Source: an uncultured Gemmatimonadaceae bacterium (lineage in GTDB: Bacteria; Gemmatimonadota; Gemmatimonadetes; Gemmatimonadales; Gemmatimonadaceae). From it: a stretch of DNA of 64,000 nucleotides. How positions within the stretch are numbered: position 1 is the stretch's first letter; each line of letters begins with the position of its first letter. Below are positions 8,491-17,535 of the stretch, in pieces. Location of the stretch: positions 609,077 through 673,076 of the forward strand of contig CAYTFY010000003.1 of assembly GCA_964437225.1 (NCBI GenBank), read 5' to 3'. The notes under the pieces are model-generated. The model was not told where the DNA came from and did no database searches. It worked only from the letters and a program-made list of their open reading frames with translations. A program made the translations under genes and the position numbers.

Positions 8491-11400
8491 ATGTGGAGAA
8501 TCGGATATTACGAGATGCGATCACCTCTTCAGACCTCCAGGATATTCTTGGTTGGCTCGTTAGTAATCTCGACGGTATGGACGAGCATCGGAATTTCGAT
8601 ACTGAGTGCACAAGCAACACCCCAAGAGGCAACGATTGAGGCAACCTCAATGGTTGTTGGAACACGCAATGCCGCGAATCGACAGCAAGATAAGAAAGTT
8701 ACATTGACGGTACGCGACAGTACCATTCGATATATCATTCATGCACTTGCCGCCCAAACCAATATGATGTTGGTCGGTGACGTCACCGACCAATCACTGT
8801 CAAAGCGAATCTCCGTTCAGTTTAATAATACAAGTCTCTCAAAGGCACTCGCCACCGCGCTGAATGGAACCGAACTCGTCGCTGGGCTTTCATCCGATGG
8901 TGAGACAATTCTGATTCGGAAAAGAGGTGCAGATTCCATCACAACGCAGACGCGAAGTGGAGATATCGTTGGAACCGTTACCGATTCCGCTACCGGGAAG
9001 GGAATTGTCGGTGTCATCGTTAGCATCGTTGGAACAAAGTTGGGAACTACGACGAAAGACGAAGGGCGATATATGCTGGGTAAGGTCCCCGCCGGAGAGC
9101 ATCGTATCAACTACAAGCTGTTTGGGTATAAATTCATCACGAGAGTTGTCACTGTTGTGGAAGGAAAATCAACAACGATGCATGTTGTCATGGCTCCCAC
9201 TGCAACACAACTCTCTGGAGTTGTAACCACTGCGACAGGGTTACAGCGGAAAGTAGAAGTAGGGAATGATATCACCCAGCTTAGCGTCCCTGAGGTGATC
9301 AAGACAATGCCGGTGTCGAACATGAGTGAACTGTTGGCGACGCGGGTCCCTGGTCTGGAAGTCGCACCCACATCGGGAGCACCCGGGGCTCCTTCAAGAA
9401 TACGCATTCGGGGAGTTAGTAGCATTAACGCTACAAATGATCCGATCATCATTGTAGATGGCATCCGAGTGTACGCGGCTCAGACTAATTACAGTGGCTC
9501 CTCCCCGAATGGCGTATTGCAGTCTTCGCCTATCGATCAGCTGGATGTGAACAATATTGAAACGGTAGAAGTGCTCAAAGGGCCATCCGCGGTAGCGTTG
9601 TATGGCTCTGATGCTGCCAATGGTGTAATCGTCATCACATCAAAACGTGGACAGGTCGGTTCGCCCAGATGGGATGCGCAGGCGATATTTGGAGTGACGA
9701 CTGACCCCGGGAAGTGGCCGTTGAACTATTGGATGTGGGGGCACCAACCCCCGTTCGAATCAAGTGTGATGCAATGTACCGTAGGAACGACCTGGTGTGT
9801 GCAGGATAGTTTAGCTAGGTATCAATTGCTGAATGATCCGGCGACGACGGTCTTTGCTCGTGGAAGCACCCAGGAGTATCGGACGAACGTCAGCGGTGGT
9901 CGATCTGGAATGACATACGTCTTGTCAGCCTCATCCAGTCGTGAATTGGGGGCACTCAAGTTGCCAGATGCTGATGTGGCGGTCCTGCGGCGTCTTGGCG
10001 CCACCATACCTGCCTGGCAGCGGCGTCCCCAACAGAACTCTGTACAGAGTGTGCAGGCGACAGTTGGGCTTGATATCGGGAGTAATTCGGATGTTTTGCT
10101 CACGAACAGCGTCACGCAGAATACGAATCTTACCACGCCTTGGTCGAGTGCAATCGAAGTCACAAAACGGATGCCTCTCGATGCACAGTCAGTCGCCGAA
10201 ATTCCCGATTCGCTCTGGGGGAGTGGGGCGTTGTATGAGATCCCCGACTTTCGTGCTAAAACAACAACGAAGGTATTAGGGTTCCGCAATAGCGTAAATC
10301 TCAACACCAGATGGCCATATGCTATCACCACGCAGGCCACAACTGGTGTCGAAGTCCGTCGGGGACAGGATATCACTAAGCTCGAGCGCGGTGCTTGCAT
10401 GGAGGCGGGGTTCGCTCGTGCTTGCGGTCCGACTGAGTTCAATGGGTATTACAATGTTGGGCGACAGAATAGTTTAATCCCGACCGTGAACCTTCGTGCG
10501 AGTCAGCAGCAAGCATTGAACCGGTGGTTATCCTTGCGAACCTCAGTTGGGATGAATTATACGTCCGATCGGTTTGATTACGTATACATGTATGGGTCCG
10601 ACATCCCGGCTGGTGCGAACTCCCCCGACTTGGCTGTGTCCAGATCCGGAAATGAGAATCGTAGTGTGCAGACCACTGCGGGAGGATATGTAGAGATGTT
10701 AATCGGAGTGGCCGACCGGTTTTTCATTCCTCTAGCGTTGCGCAACGATGCGGGAAACGCATTAGGTCCTCAGGTCACAGTGAAACTCCCAAAACTATCG
10801 TGGTCATATCTGATGTCGGAAGAACCGTGGTTTCAGGATATTCCGGTCCTCAGAAAGTTGTCAGTATTTCGGCCACGTGTAGCGTATGGGCAAGCAGGAG
10901 TGCAACCAAAGGTCGGTGGTGGTACTCGTACGTATATGTTCAATAATGGAGTGATTGATGGGAGCACGGTTCCCTACGTGACCATCAGTTCTCCTGGTAA
11001 CTCCAAGCTGTTACCTGAACGAACTCGAGAATTGGAAGGCGGCTTTGACGCCGAGGTTGGCCAATGGATAAATCTTGGATTGACTTGGTATCATAAAAAA
11101 ACCTACGACATGCTTACCACGGAACCAACCGCAGCCTCGGCGGGATTTGGCGAGCGACCGGCTACCTACAATCTGGGAGATGTGCTTAATACCGGCTTTG
11201 AGGGACACCTCGAAGGGACGCTGGTGGATAAGCGAATGGTTCGAGTGGATACTCGCTTGAGTATCTCAGGGAATAGAAATCGACTGCTCAGGCTGGGAGT
11301 GAATACTGAAGATCGAGCGAGGCAGACAAACAGCGGTGCCAGTCAAAATCGAGTTGGATATCCTCTCAATGGAGTATGGGTGTATCCGATCGTTGCTGTG

Positions 11401-11955
11401 GAGGACAAAAATCACGATGGGTTCCCCGATAACAATGAAATACTCTGGAGCGATAGTGCCGAGTATAAAGGTGTTGGAGTACCGAAATACACGTTTAATA
11501 TGGGTCACACGATGAGGCTCGGACCGTGGGTGACGGTAGCAACGACGTTTAGCTATCAGAGCCAATTCACGCAATATATGCGCGGCTATGGTCATCGGTT
11601 GTCGGCGGTATTGAACGATCCAACAATTTCGTTACGAGAGAGGGCGATTTTGCTCTATGGTAGTTGCGTAACTATAACAACGATCAACAACGATTGTGGT
11701 GGGAACATAATTCAGACCGTGTCGATTTGGCGGTTCAATGAATTCTCTGCCGCTGTGGCGATACCGGCCGAACTCACGCGTACTGTATTAGGGCCACGTC
11801 GCCTCCACATAGCCCTTCAGGGCAGGAATCTCAGGCTGTGGACCAACTATAGAGGTAAAGATCCCAACGTGAATTCATCGGTTGGCGATCAATTACTTGA
11901 TTTCGGGTCACAACCAACACCACGTATATGGCAAATCTCCCTGAGGATCGACTAA
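8491..11955 (+). CDS. SusC-like TonB-dependent transducer with N-terminal STN signalling domain (cassette 1)
   Basis: STN-like segment (VTLTVRDSTIRYIIHALAAQTNMML). CarboxypepD_reg-like segment (GTVTDSATGKGIVGVIVSIVGTKLGTTTKDEGRYML). Plug (DPIIIVDGIRVY, IETVEVLKGPSAVALYGSDAANGVIVITSKRG). Barrel end (LQGRNLRLWTNYRGKDPNVNS...PRIWQISLRID). Confidence 0.9.
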   Translation: MWRIGYYEMRSPLQTSRIFLVGSLVISTVWTSIGISILSAQATPQEATIEATSMVVGTRNAANRQQDKKVTLTVRDSTIRYIIHALAAQTNMMLVGDVTDQSLSKRISVQFNNTSLSKALATALNGTELVAGLSSDGETILIRKRGADSITTQTRSGDIVGTVTDSATGKGIVGVIVSIVGTKLGTTTKDEGRYMLGKVPAGEHRINYKLFGYKFITRVVTVVEGKSTTMHVVMAPTATQLSGVVTTATGLQRKVEVGNDITQLSVPEVIKTMPVSNMSELLATRVPGLEVAPTSGAPGAPSRIRIRGVSSINATNDPIIIVDGIRVYAAQTNYSGSSPNGVLQSSPIDQLDVNNIETVEVLKGPSAVALYGSDAANGVIVITSKRGQVGSPRWDAQAIFGVTTDPGKWPLNYWMWGHQPPFESSVMQCTVGTTWCVQDSLARYQLLNDPATTVFARGSTQEYRTNVSGGRSGMTYVLSASSSRELGALKLPDADVAVLRRLGATIPAWQRRPQQNSVQSVQATVGLDIGSNSDVLLTNSVTQNTNLTTPWSSAIEVTKRMPLDAQSVAEIPDSLWGSGALYEIPDFRAKTTTKVLGFRNSVNLNTRWPYAITTQATTGVEVRRGQDITKLERGACMEAGFARACGPTEFNGYYNVGRQNSLIPTVNLRASQQQALNRWLSLRTSVGMNYTSDRFDYVYMYGSDIPAGANSPDLAVSRSGNENRSVQTTAGGYVEMLIGVADRFFIPLALRNDAGNALGPQVTVKLPKLSWSYLMSEEPWFQDIPVLRKLSVFRPRVAYGQAGVQPKVGGGTRTYMFNNGVIDGSTVPYVTISSPGNSKLLPERTRELEGGFDAEVGQWINLGLTWYHKKTYDMLTTEPTAASAGFGERPATYNLGDVLNTGFEGHLEGTLVDKRMVRVDTRLSISGNRNRLLRLGVNTEDRARQTNSGASQNRVGYPLNGVWVYPIVAVEDKNHDGFPDNNEILWSDSAEYKGVGVPKYTFNMGHTMRLGPWVTVATTFSYQSQFTQYMRGYGHRLSAVLNDPTISLRERAILLYGSCVTITTINNDCGGNIIQTVSIWRFNEFSAAVAIPAELTRTVLGPRRLHIALQGRNLRLWTNYRGKDPNVNSSVGDQLLDFGSQPTPRIWQISLRID

Positions 11956-13295
11956 TGCGGCGATGGTGGACGTGTGGGACGCACTATATGTATTTACTCG
12001 CGCCAGTTGTCCTTCTCACTGCCTGTTCGTTGCAGGACTTGGTCGGCAAAACCGGCCAGGATAGCTACGTCACAGATCCCAACGCAGTGAAGGATAAAGC
12101 GGGAGCGATCGCACGCTATAACAGTGTGCCAATTTTGTTCACGGCGATGATGGGGAGAGCCACACTCAGCCCTCCATCTTATATCTTCGTCTCAGGTGTC
12201 TTGTCTGATGAACTCAAGATGAACACCGCGCCCTTCGTCGATTTTCCGTCCGTGTATTTCGATCAGTTGGACAGTCGGACTGTGGCGGGGGCGGTTTTAG
12301 TTCCTTCTTCGCCGTACTCCGCTCTTCACGAGGTTCGAGGACGAGCCGTAGAAGGAATTGGAGCGTTACGAAAATATGCTTCGGATATGCCGACGTCCTA
12401 TGTCGGCTACCTTTATGCGCTCAAAGCGTATGCTGAGCTGTTGCTTGCGGAGTTTTACTGTTCGGGGATTCCGCTTAGTGAGCCGGTGTTTGAAGGAGAC
12501 TTTTACTACACGCCTGGCTATTCTAGGGATAGCGTCATGCGGCACGCAGTGGCCTTGTTCGATACGGCGGCAACACTGGCAACGGATAGTGCGAGAATTC
12601 TCCATTTGATTCGGGTTGGGAAAGGGCGCGCGTTACTCTCGTTGGGTGAATACGCACTCGCAGGCGCTGCGGTGAAAGAAGTCCCGACTGACTACGAGTA
12701 TGCGCTCCAGTATTCGTCCGAAGTGAAGAAGTGGGGCCCTTCGGCGACCGGTAATGTGGCCAATATGGCTGATAACGAAGGGGGGAACGGGGAGCCATAT
12801 CGGTCAAGTGGAGATCCGCGACTTGCTCTTCCAAGAATCCGGGACTCTCTCGCATCGCTCCCAGTAGCCACTGGGGTTGAGGCACGATTGATCGAAGCGG
12901 AGACGGCCCTGCAGACAGCAGGCGAAACGCCGGCGTGGTTGAAAATTTTAAATGCGTTGCGAACGACGTGCACCGACGCTCTAACCTGTCCGTCCCCAGC
13001 GCCTGCGGGCACCGGAGGCATCGCGGGACTGCCACCTTTGACAGACCCTGGGACGCGAGACACACGGATCGATCTAGTGTTTCAGGAGCGCGCGTATTGG
13101 ATGTATTTGACGGGACATCGCCAAGGTGACTTGCGGCGGCTCGTGAGGGTGTATGGACGACCACAGGGAACCGTCTATCCCGTGGGAGGATGGGGGAGAG
13201 AGGGAATAACAGCCTATGGACAAGATATCTCTTCACCGGTCCCAGCAACTGAACAACAGTATAATCCTCTCTTTCAGGGTTGTCGAGATGATTAA
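11955..13295 (+). CDS. SusD/RagB-like outer-membrane lipoprotein (cassette 1)
   Basis: The start overlaps the SusC stop (TAATG). Lipobox in MRRWWTCGTHYMYLLAPVVLLTAC. SusD-like helices (YALKAYAELLLAEFYCSGIPLSE and ERAYWMYLTGHRQGDLRRL). It sits immediately downstream of SusC. Confidence 0.75.
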   Translation: MRRWWTCGTHYMYLLAPVVLLTACSLQDLVGKTGQDSYVTDPNAVKDKAGAIARYNSVPILFTAMMGRATLSPPSYIFVSGVLSDELKMNTAPFVDFPSVYFDQLDSRTVAGAVLVPSSPYSALHEVRGRAVEGIGALRKYASDMPTSYVGYLYALKAYAELLLAEFYCSGIPLSEPVFEGDFYYTPGYSRDSVMRHAVALFDTAATLATDSARILHLIRVGKGRALLSLGEYALAGAAVKEVPTDYEYALQYSSEVKKWGPSATGNVANMADNEGGNGEPYRSSGDPRLALPRIRDSLASLPVATGVEARLIEAETALQTAGETPAWLKILNALRTTCTDALTCPSPAPAGTGGIAGLPPLTDPGTRDTRIDLVFQERAYWMYLTGHRQGDLRRLVRVYGRPQGTVYPVGGWGREGITAYGQDISSPVPATEQQYNPLFQGCRDD

Positions 13296-13371
13296 GCAGA
13301 CACTGGCGAGTCGTGCGACACAACAGCTGTCGAGAACACAATCACTGACCGGGCGATGCTGGTTTCGTCCG

Positions 13372-14487
13372 ATGAAGATGATGACCGTGTTGTGTGTTGG
13401 GATCATCCTTAATTTGGCGGGGTGTGGTAATGAACCTACCGAGATCCCAGTCGAATATCGTAGTTCCAGGTACTGGGCGTTAAGGGTGAACTATCCAGCT
13501 GTTCAACTGTCTACCGCCAGTCCGTACGATACAGTTCGGTTGATGGCCATTCCTCACGGATTCGATGGGGCCCCTCTTTCTAGTTCGGAGATGAGCGATT
13601 CCGTACTCGCGGCTTCACCAACGAAATGGTACTCCACCGACTCGGCGTATGTGGAGGTCAATCAGGACGGATTGGTACGGGCGCGAAAGAATACAGACGC
13701 ACGGAAGATCTATGTGATTGCCACGCGACAACTCAACTGGGTGACGCATACGGATACTACATGGGTTGCTGTAAACGATGTTGCAACCGCTTCGACCTTC
13801 GAAACCTTTCAACTTTCGATCCCCGATTCGCTCAAACGCGCAGCGGGTACGAACACCGGATTGATACTCACTGTTACCGATAATGCGGGAAATCCGGTGC
13901 CCACTACTACGCTTCCGCTTCGGTTTGCAGTCAGTGGTCAAGACGAGAAATCTCCGGATGTATCATTCCAGAATTCCTGGAATGGGACGGTTCGCATCAG
14001 TCCATCAGCCATCCCCGAGCGGAAAACGACTGTGTCTGTACGAACGTGGGCATATGGCGTTGCGTATGAGGCGTCATTCCAGTTGGAAATCGGCTGGCCA
14101 ATCTTTTGTATCGTAGGATGTCCCTACGTTGGATGGGAGTTCAATAGCAAGGGTGAGATGAAACGTCAAATCTTTACCCCAGAGATCGATCTCGGACCAG
14201 GCGCTGAGGTCTCTTGGTCAAACTATTCCGGCTGGGAAGGATTTAATGAGATCGGAGTACCACACGAAGGAGATACGATCAGTGTCGTCTTTGACGATCC
14301 TACGAACGTTCTCGCATCGGCAATTCCCAGTAATAATACTGGAGGTGGTAACATGATCATCCCTGGAGACACTCTATTACCTCCGGATCAGAAATATCGA
14401 GTTCGTCGGTTCGTAAAGGTCGGGACCTACGATTATACAATCCAACCATTTGGCGCTCGCGGGAGAATTATTGTTCATGCACGGTAA
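13372..14487 (+). CDS. Surface lipoprotein with Big_2-like Ig repeats and a cupredoxin-like C-terminal domain lacking Cu ligands (cassette 1)
   Basis: The start is chosen at MKMMTVLCVGIILNLAGC (lipobox). Big_2-type strand LSTASPYDTVRLMAIPHGFDG. C-terminus GAEVSWSNYSG...ISVVFDDP...VGTYDYTIQPFGARGRIIVHAR. The ORF track begins earlier (13216), inside SusD. Confidence 0.65.
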   Translation: MKMMTVLCVGIILNLAGCGNEPTEIPVEYRSSRYWALRVNYPAVQLSTASPYDTVRLMAIPHGFDGAPLSSSEMSDSVLAASPTKWYSTDSAYVEVNQDGLVRARKNTDARKIYVIATRQLNWVTHTDTTWVAVNDVATASTFETFQLSIPDSLKRAAGTNTGLILTVTDNAGNPVPTTTLPLRFAVSGQDEKSPDVSFQNSWNGTVRISPSAIPERKTTVSVRTWAYGVAYEASFQLEIGWPIFCIVGCPYVGWEFNSKGEMKRQIFTPEIDLGPGAEVSWSNYSGWEGFNEIGVPHEGDTISVVFDDPTNVLASAIPSNNTGGGNMIIPGDTLLPPDQKYRVRRFVKVGTYDYTIQPFGARGRIIVHAR

Positions 14488-16114
14488 TCCGATTCTGCGT
14501 CGGCAATTTCTACAGCGGAGTGCCTCGGCAGCCGCTGCAGTTGCTGCGTGTGTGTCAACCGCATCACTGTGGACACAGCCAACACCGTTGCTCGCGCAAA
14601 TTAGCAGCATCCCGGAACCGATTCCGTCCATTGATGACCCACGATTAAAGGAATTAATCGATCGCGCAATCGACGCTGGGCGCGCTGCGGGAGCTATCTA
14701 TGTTGATGTTCGCTTAACCCATTCCTATTTACGTGGCATTTCCAACGACCGTACTATCAGCGATCATGAATCGATGACGGTAGGTGTGCGGGCGTTAGTA
14801 GATGGCTACTGGGGCTTTGCCTCGGGCCCCGTCTGGAATCTGGATGAAATGGTACGTTTAAGTCAGGAAGCCGCACAACAGGCTAAATCCAACGCTCTCG
14901 GTAAACCTCGGGTTACAACACTTGCACCGACGCCCGTTGTACAGGGGCACTGGGTGACACCAATTCGTATCGATCCTTTCGGTATTCACCCGGTGGAAGT
15001 TCTCGATTTGTTAGGCGGGATCGATATCTACGCAAGGCGTCGCCCTGAAAGAGTGTCGACGAGGTATGGCACGTCATTTCTCAAACAAGACAAGGCTTTT
15101 GGGTCTAGCGATGGCAGCTATTGCACACAATGTCGATATCTGACCAGTGGACGATTCGAAATCGAAGTTGAGTTGCCGGATATCGGGAAGAGTTCGGATG
15201 AAATCGACTTTCTCGATCCCGTAGGTATGGGGTTCGAGTTGTTTGATGAACAACGACTGCGTATCGGCGTGGATCAGATTATGGACGACATCAAAGCCGA
15301 TTCGCTCCTCCCGATCCAACCGGTGGACGTGGGCCGTTATGATATTCTCATCGATGCGAAACCGCTGGCGGGGATTATAAGTGGAACCATTGGCGTGGCT
15401 ACGGAATTGGATCGTATCCTTGGCTATGAAGCCAACGCAAGTGGGACCAGCTATCTCAACGATCCCGCAGAGATGATCGGTACGCTGAAGTTCGGATCTC
15501 CAGCGCTTACAGTGACGATGAATCGCAACGAACCGGGTGGTGCGGCTACAATACAATGGGATGACGATGGCGTCGTTCCCGAACCGGTGGCGTTAGTGAA
15601 AGATGGGATTCTCAATGATGTCCAAACCACACGAGAAGCCGCGGGATGGCTGCAAGCACTATCCAGTACACGAGGTCGTTCAGCAAAATCGACCGGTTCA
15701 TCGTATGCACCATCCGGGATGGATGCTCCATTGATCCATACAGGGAATCTCGTGCTCACGCCTTCCACGGAGAATCGGACACGCGACGATCTCCTCAAAG
15801 ACCTCAAGAACGGTGTGTATTTCTCGAGCCTCAGCACCAGTCTTGATTTTCAACTATTGAGCGGAATATCCGCTGGACGAGCCTATCAAGTGAGCCACGG
15901 GAAAAAGGTCGCTCGACTACAGGGCGCAGGATTGATGTTTAGAGCATCTGAGTTTTGGAAAGGGCTTTCTGCGATGGCCGGCGCATCAAGCGCGCGACGA
16001 TCGGCTCTCACTGTAGTAAAAGGACAACCGCTACAACGGTCATCGCATAGTGTAACGGCGGTTCCAGCGGTGTTCACACAACAGACGATTACCGATTTCC
16101 TGAGAAAGATCTGA
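14477..16114 (+). CDS. Tat-signal TldD-like protein, HExxxH-less (cassette 1)
   Basis: Twin-arginine leader (MHGNPILRRQFLQRSASAAAAVAA). TldD-type N-domain (AGAIYVDVRLTH...VGVRALVDGYWGFAS). The motif region reads IISGTIGVATELDRILGYEANASGTSYL. C-terminus KGQPLQRSSHSVTAVPAVF. Confidence 0.85.
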   Translation: MHGNPILRRQFLQRSASAAAAVAACVSTASLWTQPTPLLAQISSIPEPIPSIDDPRLKELIDRAIDAGRAAGAIYVDVRLTHSYLRGISNDRTISDHESMTVGVRALVDGYWGFASGPVWNLDEMVRLSQEAAQQAKSNALGKPRVTTLAPTPVVQGHWVTPIRIDPFGIHPVEVLDLLGGIDIYARRRPERVSTRYGTSFLKQDKAFGSSDGSYCTQCRYLTSGRFEIEVELPDIGKSSDEIDFLDPVGMGFELFDEQRLRIGVDQIMDDIKADSLLPIQPVDVGRYDILIDAKPLAGIISGTIGVATELDRILGYEANASGTSYLNDPAEMIGTLKFGSPALTVTMNRNEPGGAATIQWDDDGVVPEPVALVKDGILNDVQTTREAAGWLQALSSTRGRSAKSTGSSYAPSGMDAPLIHTGNLVLTPSTENRTRDDLLKDLKNGVYFSSLSTSLDFQLLSGISAGRAYQVSHGKKVARLQGAGLMFRASEFWKGLSAMAGASSARRSALTVVKGQPLQRSSHSVTAVPAVFTQQTITDFLRKI

Positions 16115-17535
16115 TGGCGAGTCTAGAATCTTTAAAAACTCCCGTACCACGTATTCTATCGCATGAAGAAGTGAGTCGTATTGCACAACGTGTCCTGGGG
16201 TTCGCGCGCGATGGCGGAGAAACAACCGTCTATATACAAAGTTGGTGGAATGGCGAGTTACGGTGGGCTCGTAATCGCACGAGCCTCGCGGGCGATCGAC
16301 GAGATATTACCGTGCGTGTCTCACGTTTGAGTCATAATGGCGTCGGAAATGCATCCACGAATCAGTTGGATGATGTCTCCTTGGAATCAATCGTTCGCGC
16401 CGCGGAGCGCGGAGCTGTGTTTGCACTCCGACGAGACATCCCATCATATCCGGTGACACCACCGTTTCTGCGGACGCCAGAGACCCGTATCTGGAGCGAT
16501 CAGACATACAACGTGTCAGTCGCTCAACGGGCATTACTCGTACAAACATTGACGGAACGCGCGGAGCAACAATCAATGCTCTCCGCGGGCTATATCGAGA
16601 TGCGGGCGGGTGAGACTGCAGTGCGAAGCACAGCGGCCGCGACACCTGAGACGATTGACTACTACCCGTACACGCAAGCACAGTGCTCCACGACAGTTCG
16701 CCATCCCAAAGGAGCGGGGGCAGGGTGGGCAGGGCTTTCGAGCTATGACTGGTCAGCAATCGATAGCGGCGCACTTGCGACACGCGCGCTCGATAAATGT
16801 ATCGCGTCACTCAATCCTGTTGCAATCGAACCGGGCCGATACACCGTAGTATTGGAACCGCAAGCCGTGAACGATCTCATCTCTCCGCTATTCGGTGGCC
16901 TCAACGACCGCATTACAGCGGAGCGGGGGGAGGGGCCATTCGCCTGGACCATAGATACTGATTTTGGTATATGGCGGACAAAGCTCGGGCTAAAGATTGC
17001 CGACGAACGGATTACGATCAGTCACGATCCCACCGATCCATTGCTTGGTGTCGTTCCCCTACCGGGAATGCAGCCAATTACCTGGATCAATCAAGGAGTT
17101 CTGACAACGTTAGCATACGATCGAACCTATGCGTTACAACAGTTGAACGACAATCTCGGAGCCGATGCGCGACCGGCATATCGCATGACAGGAGGAACAA
17201 CGTCGATCGACGAGATGATCCTCACGACAAAACGTGGGTTGTTAGTCACGCGGTTTTCGAACCTGATGCTGCTGGACTATAGCAGCATGCTTTTTAGCGG
17301 TGTGACACGTGACGGACTCTGGTTAATCGAAAATGGAAAGATTTCAAAGGTGGTAAAAAATCTGCGGTTTACGGAATCCCCACTCTTTGTGCTGAATCAA
17401 ATCGATCAGCTTGGTGTCCCGGTTCCGGTATTCCGACCTATGGAAAATCCGTATGTACCTGGCCTAAGTCCCGGGATCGTTCCTCCACTCAAAGTCAACG
17501 ACTTTAGCTTTACGGCTACCATCGATGCCATATAA
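16114..17535 (+). CDS. PmbA/TldE-like protein, no signal peptide (cassette 1)
   Basis: The ATG overlaps the upstream TGA by 1 nt (TGATG). Contains WWNGELRWARNRTSLAGDRRD, GRYTVVLEPQAV, ITISHDPTDP, KRGLLVTRF and RFTESPLFVLNQ. Confidence 0.85.
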   Translation: MASLESLKTPVPRILSHEEVSRIAQRVLGFARDGGETTVYIQSWWNGELRWARNRTSLAGDRRDITVRVSRLSHNGVGNASTNQLDDVSLESIVRAAERGAVFALRRDIPSYPVTPPFLRTPETRIWSDQTYNVSVAQRALLVQTLTERAEQQSMLSAGYIEMRAGETAVRSTAAATPETIDYYPYTQAQCSTTVRHPKGAGAGWAGLSSYDWSAIDSGALATRALDKCIASLNPVAIEPGRYTVVLEPQAVNDLISPLFGGLNDRITAERGEGPFAWTIDTDFGIWRTKLGLKIADERITISHDPTDPLLGVVPLPGMQPITWINQGVLTTLAYDRTYALQQLNDNLGADARPAYRMTGGTTSIDEMILTTKRGLLVTRFSNLMLLDYSSMLFSGVTRDGLWLIENGKISKVVKNLRFTESPLFVLNQIDQLGVPVPVFRPMENPYVPGLSPGIVPPLKVNDFSFTATIDAI

